From Callorhinchus milii (taxonomy: Eukaryota), in NCBI RefSeq assembly GCF_018977255.1, contig NW_024704742.1:43278001-43338000 (forward strand): DNA of 60,000 nucleotides. The letters are read 5' to 3'. The translations under genes were made by a program, and so were the position numbers. The notes below the pieces were generated by a model. The model saw only the letters and a program-made list of their open reading frames with translations. It was not told the origin of the DNA and made no database searches. Shown here one piece after another: positions 12,480 through 24,719 of this stretch (within the stretch, counting starts at the first letter, position 1; each line of letters begins with the position of its first letter).

Positions 12480-13200
12480 TGTCATAAAAGATTTAGTTCA
12501 GTAATCCAACTAGCCTGGCATGTGTTAAAAGAAATTTAACACTGAAAAATATAAAGACAGTATGACACAAAGGTTGATAACAATGTGGGACATAAGTACA
12601 TGGTGAATAGAATCAGATTAATGTTTGGAGTCTTTGAGCAATACATGAAGACTAGGAACTGTTGAATACTGCCACTTTTAATGCCCAGACTACATAGTGA
12701 AGACTTTTAAAAGCTAATACAATGCTAGAATATATTTCCAGAAAGTGAAATATTCTGTAAGTCCACAGATATTGAGAGCTATAGAATCTACTAGTCAAAC
12801 CATACCTAGTACACTATCTTCAGTTCTGCTCACCACATTACAAAAAGGATATTCTTTCATTACAAAAGGCACAGAAAAGCACATCAAGACTGATCCCAAG
12901 TGTAAAATGGAAGAATTATGAAGAAAGATTAAAGAAACTTAAGCTTCACAGACTGGAAGTAAAGTGGTTGGGGAAAGGGGAAGTAAATACACAATGGTAT
13001 AGAGAAGTAAACCCAAATATTACTAAAAAAACTAAGAAACTAGCCCCAAAGAATGTAAATAATCTACTGTACAACACAATAGAGACAAACTAGTGGATCA
13101 TCAAAATACGATTATGTTTTGACAAGAGAATTAATGTAGTAATGAAATAAGCTTCATTGGGCTGAATAGCATTTTCTCATCTATATCTTTTCTTATTTTT
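12480..13200 (+). mobile_element. Old CR1 RT-to-3'-end remnant
   Basis: CTAGTCAAACCATACCTAG...CAGTTCTGCTCACCACATTACAAAAAGGATAT (LVKPYL..QFCSPHYKKDI), TATGAAGAAAGATTAAAGAAACTT (YEERLKKL), terminal TGGGCTGAATAGC. Confidence 0.75.
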
Positions 13201-14016
13201 TGTTCCAATATCCACGTTACGTTATTCATGTTCAAACGCTTTAGGGCATCCACTTAACTGTTAAGTTCTTTCTAAATGTTATCAATCTCATATACTAATC
13301 TCCTGACCACCTGGCTTTGCAAGGCATGGCCCCTTCCATATCATTTGGGAATGGTATCAGCAGCAGAGAATTCAGAAAAGCCCCTTCCACAAATCAACCA
13401 TACAATCTTTTAATTTCATTTGTTCTCACCTTCTTGTATTTTTTGCCTGTCCAGTTTTCAATTCAACCTGTTATGTTTTAAAAATCACATGGTTGGTTTA
13501 ATCTTTTTCGTGAGCCTTGTTCCCGAAACTTTTGTAAATATCTTTTAAAAATCCAACTCTGTTGTAACTATTAGATTCATGTTAATAATTCAAGTTACCG
13601 CAAGAATTCTAGTAGTTTTGTGAGACAGATCATGTTGTTTGCAATTCGGTGTTGTTCTTTATGTCTTCAACACTTTGTAGCTGACCATTGATAGCAACAT
13701 CACTACTAAGTTTGGACAAGTCATCTTTAGATCCAAAGTTCATAGTTTTCTTTTTTTGGGGGTGAAAGTTTCACCCACAAAATATACAGTCAATTCACTT
13801 TACATTATATTCTGTGAAGCACTTTGAGATGTCCTCCTGACTTGAAAGTCCTGAAATCCTGTACATTCGGGATCAGTTGTGGAATAACCGTGTATACTTC
13901 AAATTGGTGAAAGATGAAGGATTACTTGCACGAGATACAATCCCTCCAAAAAAAAATTATTGATTAGAAATTGTTTGGGAATTTCCTGTTTTATTCTTCA
14001 TGATTTATGTACATCA

Positions 14017-14325
14017 AGCTTGGCTCATTTGGTACTGCAGTACTCTTATCTGTGGATACATAGTTTTGTGTTAAAGCTCCACAGCAAGTCTTTGACCTCA
14101 TAATCTAGGTTAAGTAACTCATCAAACTATTCAAAAAGAGTTTCTACCAATTACTGAAATGTGAGAAAACAATCCCTCAGAAAAATATAGTCACTCACTT
14201 CATGAATGGCTGTTTGTGAGACATTGCTGTACCAAATTAGCTGCCACATTCTACTACAAATACAGTTACTTTGTGAAGTGCTTCAAGACATTATAGGTGT
14301 TAAAAGCCAGGATTATTTATTATTA
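14017..14325 (+). mobile_element. Old Deu-domain SINE, degenerate
   Basis: Head TTGGCTCATTTGGTAC, 3' part GGCTGTTTGTGAGACATTGCTGT...GTGAAGTGCTT, (ATT) tail. Confidence 0.7.
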
Positions 14326-16574
14326 CTTAACAAGAATGGATAAAGACTGTGCTAAAGTTTTATCACCTGATAAATTCCTCAGTTAATGCAAACCACATGA
14401 ACAAGTAGAAAGTGGATGTTCTCTTATTCTGTCTATAATGTGAGAAAGTAATTTGTTGTGTGAACACACAAACTTTTTGAGGCACAATGAACAATTGTAA
14501 CTAAGGAACGTTCCCCTTCATATCCTTGGGAGGGAAAATAGCTTTGTTTGAGAATTTTATTCAAATGAGTGCAATTGAACAGAAAAAGAGCTAAGTATTT
14601 TAAAGTATTAAGGAAGAGGAAAACTAGGCCATTCAACCCTTGTTGATGTAATTGTTGCATCAGTTGTTCTAAGTAAATCATTTGTCCAGCTTCTATTTAT
14701 TCAGCCTGTATCTGGGATGTGTCAAAAATACCGCCTACATTCCAAACACTCTCTGCATCTGATGCTAATACACAGGCAAACCATTCTTTAAATCTCACTC
14801 TGAACCTTTCTGAAGGAGAAAATATCCAATACAGCACATCTGCAGCATACATCTGTCATTCAGTGCAGAGGTGATAATCTATTTTCACATACAGACATAA
14901 AACACATATTTTTTGCCTTCATATGAAATTACACCATAAAAATTAAAAATAAAAATCAGTGGAATATAAATATGAACTTAATGATTTAAAGGATTCACTT
15001 GTGTCAATACAAATTACTACCATTTTTTCATTTTCATACAACAACTTGCATTTATATAGTGCCTTTCATGCGGGGGAATGCTATACAAAGTTCTAAGTTG
15101 AGAAATATTTTAAAGCATAGCCTTCAAAAGATGCAAAAATGAATTAAAAATTGCCCAAAACTAAAATTGCAGCATGTGTTGATTGCATTTGAAGAGATAA
15201 TCCATTGATACAAACATTTGCTCTCAATCTATTTTGAAGCTACTTATGTATTGGTAAAAGAGTGTTTTTGATGTGCTTGTGCTATTGAGCTCTGCCATCC
15301 ACCAAAGTGCAGCTCTGTGATCAACAGAGGTCAGTTGCGTCAATGCACAAAAAACACATTTAATCACTTCATCTTCACTTCAAAAACGGATGGTGTAAGA
15401 CAGACACATCAGGTTTGCAGCTTCTGTAGCTCCTACTGGTACACAGGGAACATTTTGTTACGGACATTTGTAGGCTGCTGCAGTATAAAGCTGTCACATA
15501 CTTCATGTGGGTTATCTAAACTGAATTACAGCATTTTCTGTGGATACCTTGGTGCAATTCATAATGTACTAATTATTCTGAAATGATGACCTCTAATTGT
15601 TCCCTTTTCTATAATGCCTGGATTGTAGTAGTTTAAAATATAGTTGGAATCGATACCATTGAACTCTAGTTGCCATTTTAATATCACTATAAATTCTACA
15701 ACTTGACAGAATATATGCTTCATATACCTAAACTTTACATAAGCACAATTTCAGTGAATTCACCCTTTAAAACAGTCTTTGTTTTTTGCTGTTCTTCTGT
15801 AAAAATATTTGTCCTTTCTAAGCTGTGTTTGCAAACCACATAATTATCCTACTATCATAAGAAAATAAATCATGTTTAATAATTGAACCTACAATCTTGA
15901 TGTTATGACTCGATTTTCCCTTTGTCAACTATCACCATTTTAAAGGCTAGAAAGAGAAATCCATTGTGTAGTAATTTGCAACCATTAGTGGGGGGAGAGA
16001 AAGGTTAAGCCCTGAAGACCTCTCAGTAACACTGGTGAGAGGTATCCTTCTTATTTATGGATTGTTTCTTCATGGTTGTCAGTCTGTGAAATCCTTACGC
16101 AGGGCAGCCTTGCACTCTTTAGATTTCACAGAAGGCAAGCATGAGAGGACACTGGAGCAGCACGTTGCTGTGTTACATGCACAGAGCACCCAGACTACTG
16201 CTCACTCACAGGAACCGACAAAGTCCACACTATCCAATCATCCCCATGTCATTACAACCCACCATCCCCACAATTCCACGCCACACAAGGGGCCCAGATT
16301 TCCGGTGCCAAATGTTGTGTTTCTCTGTGTCTTTTTTTCTACTGGTTAAATTACGCCCTAATATACTGGGTGCAGTGAATATCTCTAGAAACTTACCGCG
16401 GAAGCAGCAGACCCAATCACAGGCAGCTGAGCAAGGGCTCCCTTGGCAGTATGGGTAGGGAGATTTCTGAGGTCAAAGATTTGGTCCTGAGGTAACTATT
16501 GCAGAAAATTACCAGGGAATCCCATAATCTGTGTTACTCAAAATAACTATTCCACCAAACTCCACTATCCTCCG

Positions 16575-17155
16575 GGAGGGAGGTAAGCGGCGTCCCCTTG
16601 GAGCTAAATTAGCTCCAAGGTGATGTGTCATTTGGCATTGGAATGTCGGAATCAAGTCAGCCCTCTGTGGCGGTCTCGGTAGTCCAGTTCCTGAGCCAGG
16701 TGGGTCCACACTATTCCAAGGTACTGCTGATGACAGCACAGCCAGCCTGGCTTATTGGCAGGATCTCGAAAGGAAGACTAGTCACTGAGGGCAGGGAGTC
16801 ATCCCACTCAGCTCCTGTTAACCTTGCAAGCTAAAGCCCTAACTGTTAGGGTGGTCCTAGCTGGACAAGTAACGGGAAAGCTTGCCAGGCAGCAATATCA
16901 ATGGTTAGACACTAGCAATACCGCAACGCACACTCTGGGGTCCTCAAGCCTTGGCTCTTGCCAATCTGCACCAAATACTTTCCGGAGTTAGGTAAGCAGG
17001 ATGAGTCCCTCCAGGGAGAGAGTGTGCATTCCATTCCAACAATCTATCTCTGCTATTTCCATGTGTAGGTGGGATGCCTGGAAATCTCAGTTTGGTTTGG
17101 ATATTCTTAAGCATGGTGATGGATTTCCGCATGTATCAAATATTCAGCTGACTAA
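16575..17155 (+). repeat. Unclassified ~500-600 bp interspersed repeat, copy 1 of 4 (orientation arbitrary)
   Basis: Shared blocks GGTCTCGGTAGTCCAGTTCCTGAGCCAGG, CTCAGCTCCTGTTAACC, CTCAAGCCTTGG.TCTTGCCAA and TTTCCATGTGTAGGTGGGATGC recur at 18255-19098(-), 38620-39085(+) and 54120-54480(-). Confidence 0.9.
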
Positions 17156-18254
17156 AAAAAAGTTGCCAAGGAGATCACATATTTTGTTAACTCTCCAAAA
17201 AAAATGAGAAAACTCAGCAAGTATATTCTGAATAAAATTGGATAAACAAAGTAACTGCGTAAATAAACTGAAACCCAAATTTAAAAAGGCCTTTTTTTTC
17301 AGAAAAATGTTCAGACCCTTGAAATGATGTGCGTAAAAGGCTAATCTGAATTATTGTTAATGTTGAAATCTTTCACAGCAATTAAATTTAAATCATTGTA
17401 AAGAAAAACGTGGGGGCTCATTCTTCATGAAATAGGAATGTGAAGTATTCTGATGTTCTTCCGAAGGTAACATCAGGGGAAAACATTTCAGATGTTGACA
17501 GGTAAATTAACCTTCTCTTCTTGCCCTGTTTTCCTGCCCAACCCAGGCTCAATTGCCAATTGAGTATGCTGTAATGTGCCCTCCACCAGTTTGTCATGGA
17601 ATCGTGACATCTCCTTTACTCTTCTGACGTCCCCACTCCCTGTATGCATAATTGAATCTGTAAAGTCCTTTGAGCTGCAACAGTATATTGTAAATATGCA
17701 TCAGCACACAGGTGGTTTACAGGAAATAAACCATTGAGTGGGGAGCAGGCATATAACTTACAAACATTGCAGGTGCAAGTGATATACACTGCCAATGACA
17801 CAAACAACATATTTTCTGTAGGCTGGAAGTCTCCAGTGTGCATTTTATTTTTGCTACGTGTATGTTATACTCTATTGAGTGTTTTGACGAATTTAACATG
17901 ACCTTTTTGAGTTTAACAACTTTAAAGCAGCAGCACACACTAAGATACAAGATGGCCTGAATAGCCTCCTTTGTTACTGTAGATATTCTATGGTCCTAAT
18001 AATGTTAACTTTTTAATTTTAACATTTAATGGTCTGACCTTGTTGCAAATGTGTTTTGTATCATGTTGACATTTGTAACTTACTTGACCTTTGTGTTACA
18101 GTTGCTGACATTCTTGGCACCTGCCCAACTATAATGTGTCACAAAATGTTGGAAACACAAACTGCCTCGTACTATATGTGCTAACATGTATTGTATAAAA
18201 ATATTCCAGACTCTAAACTATTACCTGAAATGATTAGTTTGGTGGAGTTTTTAT

Positions 18255-19098
18255 TTGGTCACCTGGGTGTCTGACAGATGCCGAAAACCATCACCATGCT
18301 TCAGAGTATCCATGCATACCACCTCATACCTAGAAATTCCAAAGATGTTTATTGGAATGGAATACGCTGTCTCTCCCTGGAGAGACACATCCTGCTTACC
18401 TAATTCTGGAAAGTATTATAATAATATAATAATAATAATAATCCTTGCATTTGATATAGCGCATTTCACATCGGGAGGACGTCCCAAAGCGCTTCGCAGA
18501 ACACACTGTAAAGTGAATTGACTGTATATTTGTGGGCAAACGCTGCAGCCAATTGTGCACTGCAATGTCCCACAAACAGTCGTAGATTGAAAATGACCAA
18601 TTTATTATTGTTTTTGGTTTTTGGAGGGATTATTATTAGGCATGTGGAGTAAGAAAACTTACCCAAGGTTTCGCCCTGCCTGGAATTGAACTCAGGTCTC
18701 TCGCTTGCAAAGGGAGTGCTCTAACCACTGAGCTACAGGACTCCACAGGTGTAGGTTGCCAAGATCCAAGGCTTGGGGACGCCAGAGTGTGCATTGGGGT
18801 GCTGTTGGATTCTATCCAGCTAAAACCGCATAGCTTGCCATTGAGAGCACTGTGTGGCAAGCTTTCCAGCTACCTGTCCAGCTAGGACCACCCTACCTGT
18901 AAGGATTTTGGCTTGTAGAGTTAACAGGAGCTGAGTGGGAAGAGTCCCTGATCCCAGTGATTGGTCTGTCTTTCGAAGTCATGCTGATTTTGAAATCATG
19001 ACAGCATTGCACTGCAATGACAGCGAAGTCATTTCGAAGCACTGCCCTGGAATACTGCAGACCCGCCTGGCTCAGGAACTGGATACCGAGACCACTAT
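18255..19098 (-). repeat. Unclassified interspersed repeat, copy 2, split by a SINE inserted at 18420-18746
   Basis: Reverse complement matches copy 1 on both sides of the SINE (GGAAAGTATT | AGGTGTAGGTTGCCAAGATCCAAGGCTTG). Confidence 0.88.
18420..18746 (-). mobile_element. Full-length young tRNA-Ala(TGC)-derived SINE with L2-type tail
   Basis: Minus strand GTGGAGTCCTGTAGCTCAGTGGTTAGAGCACTCCCTTTGCAAGCGAGAGACCTGAGTTCAATTCC: box A TAGCTCAGTGG, TGC anticodon position, box B GTTCAATTCC. Ends GCGCTATATCAAATGCAAGG(ATT)n. Confidence 0.93.
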
Positions 19099-19815
19099 AG
19101 ATTTTAAGATCTTTAAATTGAAATTAAATTCTTTAATTCAGTCGTCATCTGGAAGCCGTTTCTTTTATAAGAATTGCGTGAACCTTAGCTTCCAAATTAA
19201 AACGGGATTTAAGAATTTCCCACAATTTTGCACCACCTTAAATTTTAATATGAAATGTTCTTAACCGGCTAAGAGGGATTTTGATCTTCTTGTTTCTCCT
19301 TTCAGCGCACATATAAGGTTTTTGATTTCAACACAACATCTCTGATCGAGAGACAACATTCCTGTGCTTCCCCCATTCCTTTTGTATCTCCACTTAGCAA
19401 CTATTTTCCATCAAGAGCCCTTCAGAAAACAAGTGTGAGGCTATAAAAGAGTATGTGAAATATAAAGTGCAGTAAAGTTATTTTTCTCCTGGATTGCAGG
19501 TGGGCTTTAGGGATGTCCGCAATACAGGCCATGCTCATGATATGATTCATGGCCTACTTAAAATTCATGGCAGTAACTCCAATCATTACACTGGTATCCC
19601 TCGTTGCCTTGAGACATGCAGAGAGATAAAAGGTTCCCTCCAACTTGAAACAAGGAATTTATGTTGATAGTATTGTATCACTACAGTAGATGAAACCCAG
19701 GACGAGAAAAGCGAGTTTTTAAATTGGTGTCATTTCCAATGAGTCAAATTAGGGTAAACCACACTCCATGTTGAAGTCAACTACTGCATTTACGTTACAA
19801 TTACCACACAACCTC

Positions 19816-20192
19816 ATTGTCACCTGGCTCCCCATACCCAGCTTTAAGATCCTTCTCCTTACCTTCAAATGCATCTATGATTTTGCCGCACTCTACCCCT
19901 GCCATCGCTTGCAATATAACTCCCCTGACCACTCCCTCCGCTCCACCAGTGCTGGTCTGCTTCATATCCACTCCACCCCACCATCGGTTGGTGCGCTTTT
20001 TGTCATTTTGTTCCCCCCCCCACCCCGTCCTCTGGAATTCTCTTTCCAAACCCCTCCTCACCCGTCTCCCTCTCAGCTTTCAAAACACACCTTAAAAACC
20101 TTTCTCTTTGACTGCACTCCTCCTTCCCAATTCAGACTCTCACTAGGTCCTGATAAAGCACTTTATGGAGACATTCTCCCTATGTGAAAGTA
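19816..20192 (+). mobile_element. L2 3' fragment, degenerate
   Basis: ORF 19768-20187 contains WLPIPSFKILLLTFKCIY...SLRST...LKTFLF. Confidence 0.85.
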
Positions 20193-20657
20193 TGGACATA
20201 AGCACAATGTGTTTTGCAACAAAAACAAATTTGGGGATGGACATTAGTCTCTGTAACATTTTGGAGAGTTAGTGATCTATTTGGTTGCTGAGGAGACACA
20301 ATCCTTGATAAGTGGCACACCTTAAGAGATCTATTTGCATTCCAAGGCAGTTGCATACTGGTACAATACTGGTGCTGTGCAATTAACTCCTTCAAAATAG
20401 ATGGGTGTAGACTGAGATGAACCAATGTTCCTCAGGACACAACGAAGGAGGAGGTAGAGTCAATGAGAACAGAATCAAAAGCTTTTGTCGTGAGTTTTTT
20501 TCTACATATCCACAAATCTGTAGGGAGAAAATCCTTCTGATCAGTCTCACTTTTAAACCTGCACCCTCTTGTTGTATATCTCTAAGAGTTAACTTAAGTA
20601 CCCTGCTTACATCCACATCAACCAATTCAAATCTTCATCATATTATGTTCATCATAC

Positions 20658-21023
20658 AAGGTTTCGACAGGCTAGATAAGGAAAAGCTGTTTCCGCTGGT
20701 AGGTGTGTCTGTGTGTCTGTGACCCGTGGTCACAGTCTTAAGATATCTACCAAAAGAAGCAGAGGGGAGGCTAGAAGAAATTTTTTCACTCAGCAAGTTG
20801 TTCAAATTTGGAATGATCTGCCTGAAAGGGTAGTGAAGTCCGATTCAATAACAGCTTTTAAGAGAGAACTGGATAGGTATCTGGGGAAGACGGGTTTGCA
20901 GGGTTATGGGGAGAAAGCTGGTGATTGGGGTTAGTGAAAGTGACTTGCTCTGTCAAAGAGCCGGCACAGACTCGATGGGCCGAATGGCCTCCTTCTGTGC
21001 CGTAACATTCTATGAATCTATGA
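20658..21023 (+). mobile_element. Young CR1 LINE 3' end
   Basis: ORF 20713-20934 reads TRGHSLKISTKRSRGEARRNFFTQQVVQIWNDLPERVV...FKRELDRYL. Same 3' UTR and tail as 9535-9908. Confidence 0.95.
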
Positions 21024-22417
21024 AAAAAAATCTTTTCTTCAGTGAAAACAAGTTCAGATCTGTTTTACTTTCTTCATAACATAGTTACAAGCCTGGAATC
21101 ATCCTCATTACTCTTCTTCTGCACCTCACATCCTTTTGTAGGCAAGATTGCTCGCAATGTTCTATACATTGCAAACACTGCCAGTATGACTACCTGCACT
21201 GCACTTGCACTCTACACACTGTGCGTGTAAGCAAAAAATTACTTCAGTGGTGATCTGACAACCTGGAACTCTGCATTATTTTCACCAATTGTTCATAACG
21301 TGATCCCTGAGACATTGGACACAGCCGAGCTTTGACAAGGTTTCTAAGATATTAGTTTAAACAAACATTTGAAATCTATAAAGTGCATACCTGCTTACAG
21401 TTGCCTGTCCTGTCTAACACAATCGAGACAAGTGTCTGCATTTTTTGTACCACTTTTTGTGTTGAATTTACGATGACCACATTTTGTCGAACCAATCTCA
21501 TAGTTCCACTTGTCTTAATGGGCACATAGCCTTCCTGGGCTTAGGATGAAGGTACAAAAAAGCCAAATTGTACTATAGTGTTGTACAGCAGGGTGTTTTT
21601 ACATCGAGCAGTATTACATAAAAATGCATCTTTTATCATGATGCTAATATACAGATTAGTAGAGTGCCTTTCAAGTCGATTTGGAGAAATCATGGTTATT
21701 AATCTTTGAGAAAAGAGCAGTAAAAGTTTGATTTGAGGTGCAATCAAACCAATATTATTTTTCTTCAATTGTTTATCCAATTCGCTTTTAAATGTTTTTA
21801 TGGCTTCAGCTTCAACAGGCACATTTCACCAGCCTTCTGTTTAAAAAAAAGCTTCTAACCCTCACTTTGCAGTGGAGCTTGTCTGCTAAAAATATCTTGA
21901 GTATAAATGCTAGTTAGTTGATTGATTGGTCTCCAATGTATAGACTCACCAGAAACTTTGGAGCAAGCATTTTTAATGTTACTAAACCACCAGTTATGCA
22001 ACCTACTTTTCATAACATTATAAATCAGTTCAGACTCAGTGGTGCTCTGTGCTGAATCATGCAGGGCTCTCTTCTGCCACCAGTCAATGAGATTTCAGTG
22101 TAGGAAGTAAAAATCAGGTTTCCCGCTCCTAATCTCTTTACTGCTGGAAGTGAGAATGAATTGCTTTAGTAGTACAAACTTGGTACGAGGGCCATCCTCC
22201 GGCCTATGTGAGATAAATTCAATGTCAAAACTATTCTGACTTCAGCATGCGTTCAGAGACAACCTATCTGCTAAGACTACCTGCAGCCATTCCAGAAATG
22301 TGGTTCTTACAGGTTTCCCTGCATGAAAATTTAAATAAAACAAGCTGCTCAGGCCATTCAAAAAGAAACAGAATTAGATTAAATCTCACATAAGCTTTTC
22401 TTACTATATCATGGTTC

Positions 22418-22590
22418 AAAATTAGTCACTTCAATCTATGACTGTTTGTGGGACACTGTTGTGTGCAATTGGCTGCCCCGTTTTGCCCACAAAATATACA
22501 GTCAATTCACTTTACAATATATTCTGTGAAGCGCTTTGGGACATCTAGAAGATGTGAAAAGCGCTATATCAAATGCAAGGATTATTTTTA
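22418..22590 (+). mobile_element. Young SINE 3' half
   Basis: GACTGTTTGTGGGACACTG...GAAGCGCTTTGGGACATCTAGAAGATGTGAAAAGCGCTATATCAAATGCAAGGATT. Confidence 0.9.
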
Positions 22591-24719
22591 TCATTATAAA
22601 AGCAAATAATGCTGGGTTCTCTGTGTTAAAAATATTCTTTTCTTTGTTTACGGAAATTTTAAGATAATGAATAATTAAAGTGCAACAGCTTACATGATAA
22701 GATTTTTCAAAGAAAAACAAAATGCTCATTAAAATTGAAATCCGATTTAGTAAAACAACTTACAAATCTAACTGCATTCATCATTGTTTAAGATTCTCTC
22801 AGCACCTCTGTAAATCTTACAGGTCATAATTTATGTCAATTGGGGCCCACTTTAATGCAGAACGCATACAACACTACGCGATGTGCTTTTGAACATCTCG
22901 CTTCTCTGTAACAAACATACTCTCCATGCTACAATTAAATCGGAGTCAAATCTGGGCCAAAATTAAATCCTTGTTACATTTTGTGCCAGAACAATAATCA
23001 CATCATTTTCTTTAGTGGAACAACAAGTGTTGCATTATATTTTAATTTTACAAAATATTACAGCAGGTATTGGGGTAGTAGTAATTCAAAGCAGACATGA
23101 TCTGCAATCAAACTCCAACTCAACCATCTGTAGAGTGCACCAGACATTGGGTGTCAGTTCACAAAGCTACTCTTCCTCAGACCCACTGTTTTCCTGCCTG
23201 CAGCAATCCTTTTACAACTCCCTACAATAACCCCACCCACAGCAAAGCCTTCACATCATCAGATGGTAAAAGGTGGTTTGAAGATAACATCAGGATCTGC
23301 TGAACAAGAGGTTGCCCTTCCCCCAGAGCCCACCAAAGCCTCTGTTCTCCTGGACTCCCTGGTTGCAATGGGCCTGATATGGAGATAGGAGGACCATTGG
23401 GGTTCTGTTGGACTCCCAGCCTCCAATACAGTCGGAAGTGCCTGGAATCCTTGTAAATCAATTGCTGTTCATCTGGCTCCCCTTAGAGACAACCTCTTGC
23501 TACCAAAGTTGATCATGTGTGCTATAGTATGCTTTGAAACATGAAAGCAATCTGCTTGTTAAGTAATCCCATATGTTTCTAAGTTGTATTTCCCATGCGC
23601 TAAAAGGACGTCCTTTTGATACTACTGACCTTCAAAGCAGTCTCCTTTATTAGTTTATTCATCTGAACTTCTTCTTCCTGTTCCTTATTCCTTGTTGTAC
23701 ACACTACCTCCATTGCTGTACTCACAGTGTGCCGACTGGTCCTGTCCCTGACTGCCTATTCTGTCTGTAGCAGCAGCTCACTGACATATCCTCATGAAGA
23801 AAATGTCCAGTTCGTGTGTCAGCAGGAACACAGCATTAACGTGGACAATTGCACATGTGAATACTATTCAGAACATTTCTCAGATGTCATTTATTGATTG
23901 GTCTAGTTAGTGAGTGACTAACCTTAGCCAGTAAGGTAACGGCAAATTCATATGACAAAAAAACCTTCAGTGATAACAAATAATGGATTGCAGCTAGGCT
24001 GGCTGACTGTCGTAAATTTACCCAAAGCTTGTCACTTGCTGTCATGATTGCTGGCTCAAGAGGGAGGAAGGTGTGCAAAGGGCAGGAGGATTATTCAATA
24101 CATCGTAATGGTGTTGTATGCTAAAGATTTTAAGTATTAATTACGTTTGATCTTACTTAAAAAAACAATATTCAGTTGTGTGAAAGTCAGTTGCAGGATT
24201 AAATCATTACTGATAAGATATACTGTGTAATTAGCAATTAAAATCTCACTTCCAGCAACACAAAATGAAAGGCAATACAAAAATCCTAAATCTGAAATCT
24301 TTACCTAATGCCTCACGTATTTTATTCAGTTTCCCTTGAGTGGCAAGTGGAATTAATCTTTATTATTGAATGTTGCAATTTAAAGATATTAATCCAAAGT
24401 TACTCTGATTATGAATAGATGAGAGAGTCAGCGGGTCACTTGAACATGGCGAGCACCATAGCTAAGCCAAATGCTGTCTTTTCAGCAAGATCAGTGAACA
24501 AGATCAAGAACATGACCTCTGAATGATATGTTTCTTCCCTTGACTTGAGGTACTGAAAGTTATTGTGGATTAACTAACACAGAGCAGGCAACCAATCAAA
24601 CCAAGACCTTCCTCTTCTGTATGGCCCAGCTCCACACCAAGCATCTTGAGTAAACACACTTCTTGCTTGGATTCATATGAGAATACCCAAAATAACTGAC
24701 AGCTGGTCTCAACCATTTT

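Noticed and set aside
18672..18746. tRNA-Ala(TGC)-like sequence (also ~35348-35422)
   Set aside because: The acceptor stem does not close and the sequence continues into a SINE body and tail, so it is a SINE head rather than a tRNA gene.
19306..19434. 129-nt open plus-strand segment after a strong acceptor (CTTCTTGTTTCTCCTTTCAG)
   Set aside because: The donor AGT|GTGAGG is weak and the peptide unrecognisable. Such pseudo-exons are expected by chance in 60 kb.
20270..20530. Minus-strand acceptor TTTTCTCCCTACAG and ORFs 20392-20625 / 20180-20425
   Set aside because: Contains KAFDSV and GVPxQG-like remnants, better explained as a very old LINE RT fragment.
23346..23455. Collagen IV-like peptide PGLPGCNGPD...GPLG
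   Set aside because: Gly-X-Y periodicity holds for only about 3 triplets and needs several frameshifts to extend. No convincing splice sites. Probably chance.
23727..23897. Plus-frame TYPHEENVQFVCQQEHSI, vaguely sushi/CCP-like
   Set aside because: Lacks the conserved Gly, Trp and first Cys-Pro of the domain and ends in a stop. Splice sites are weak.
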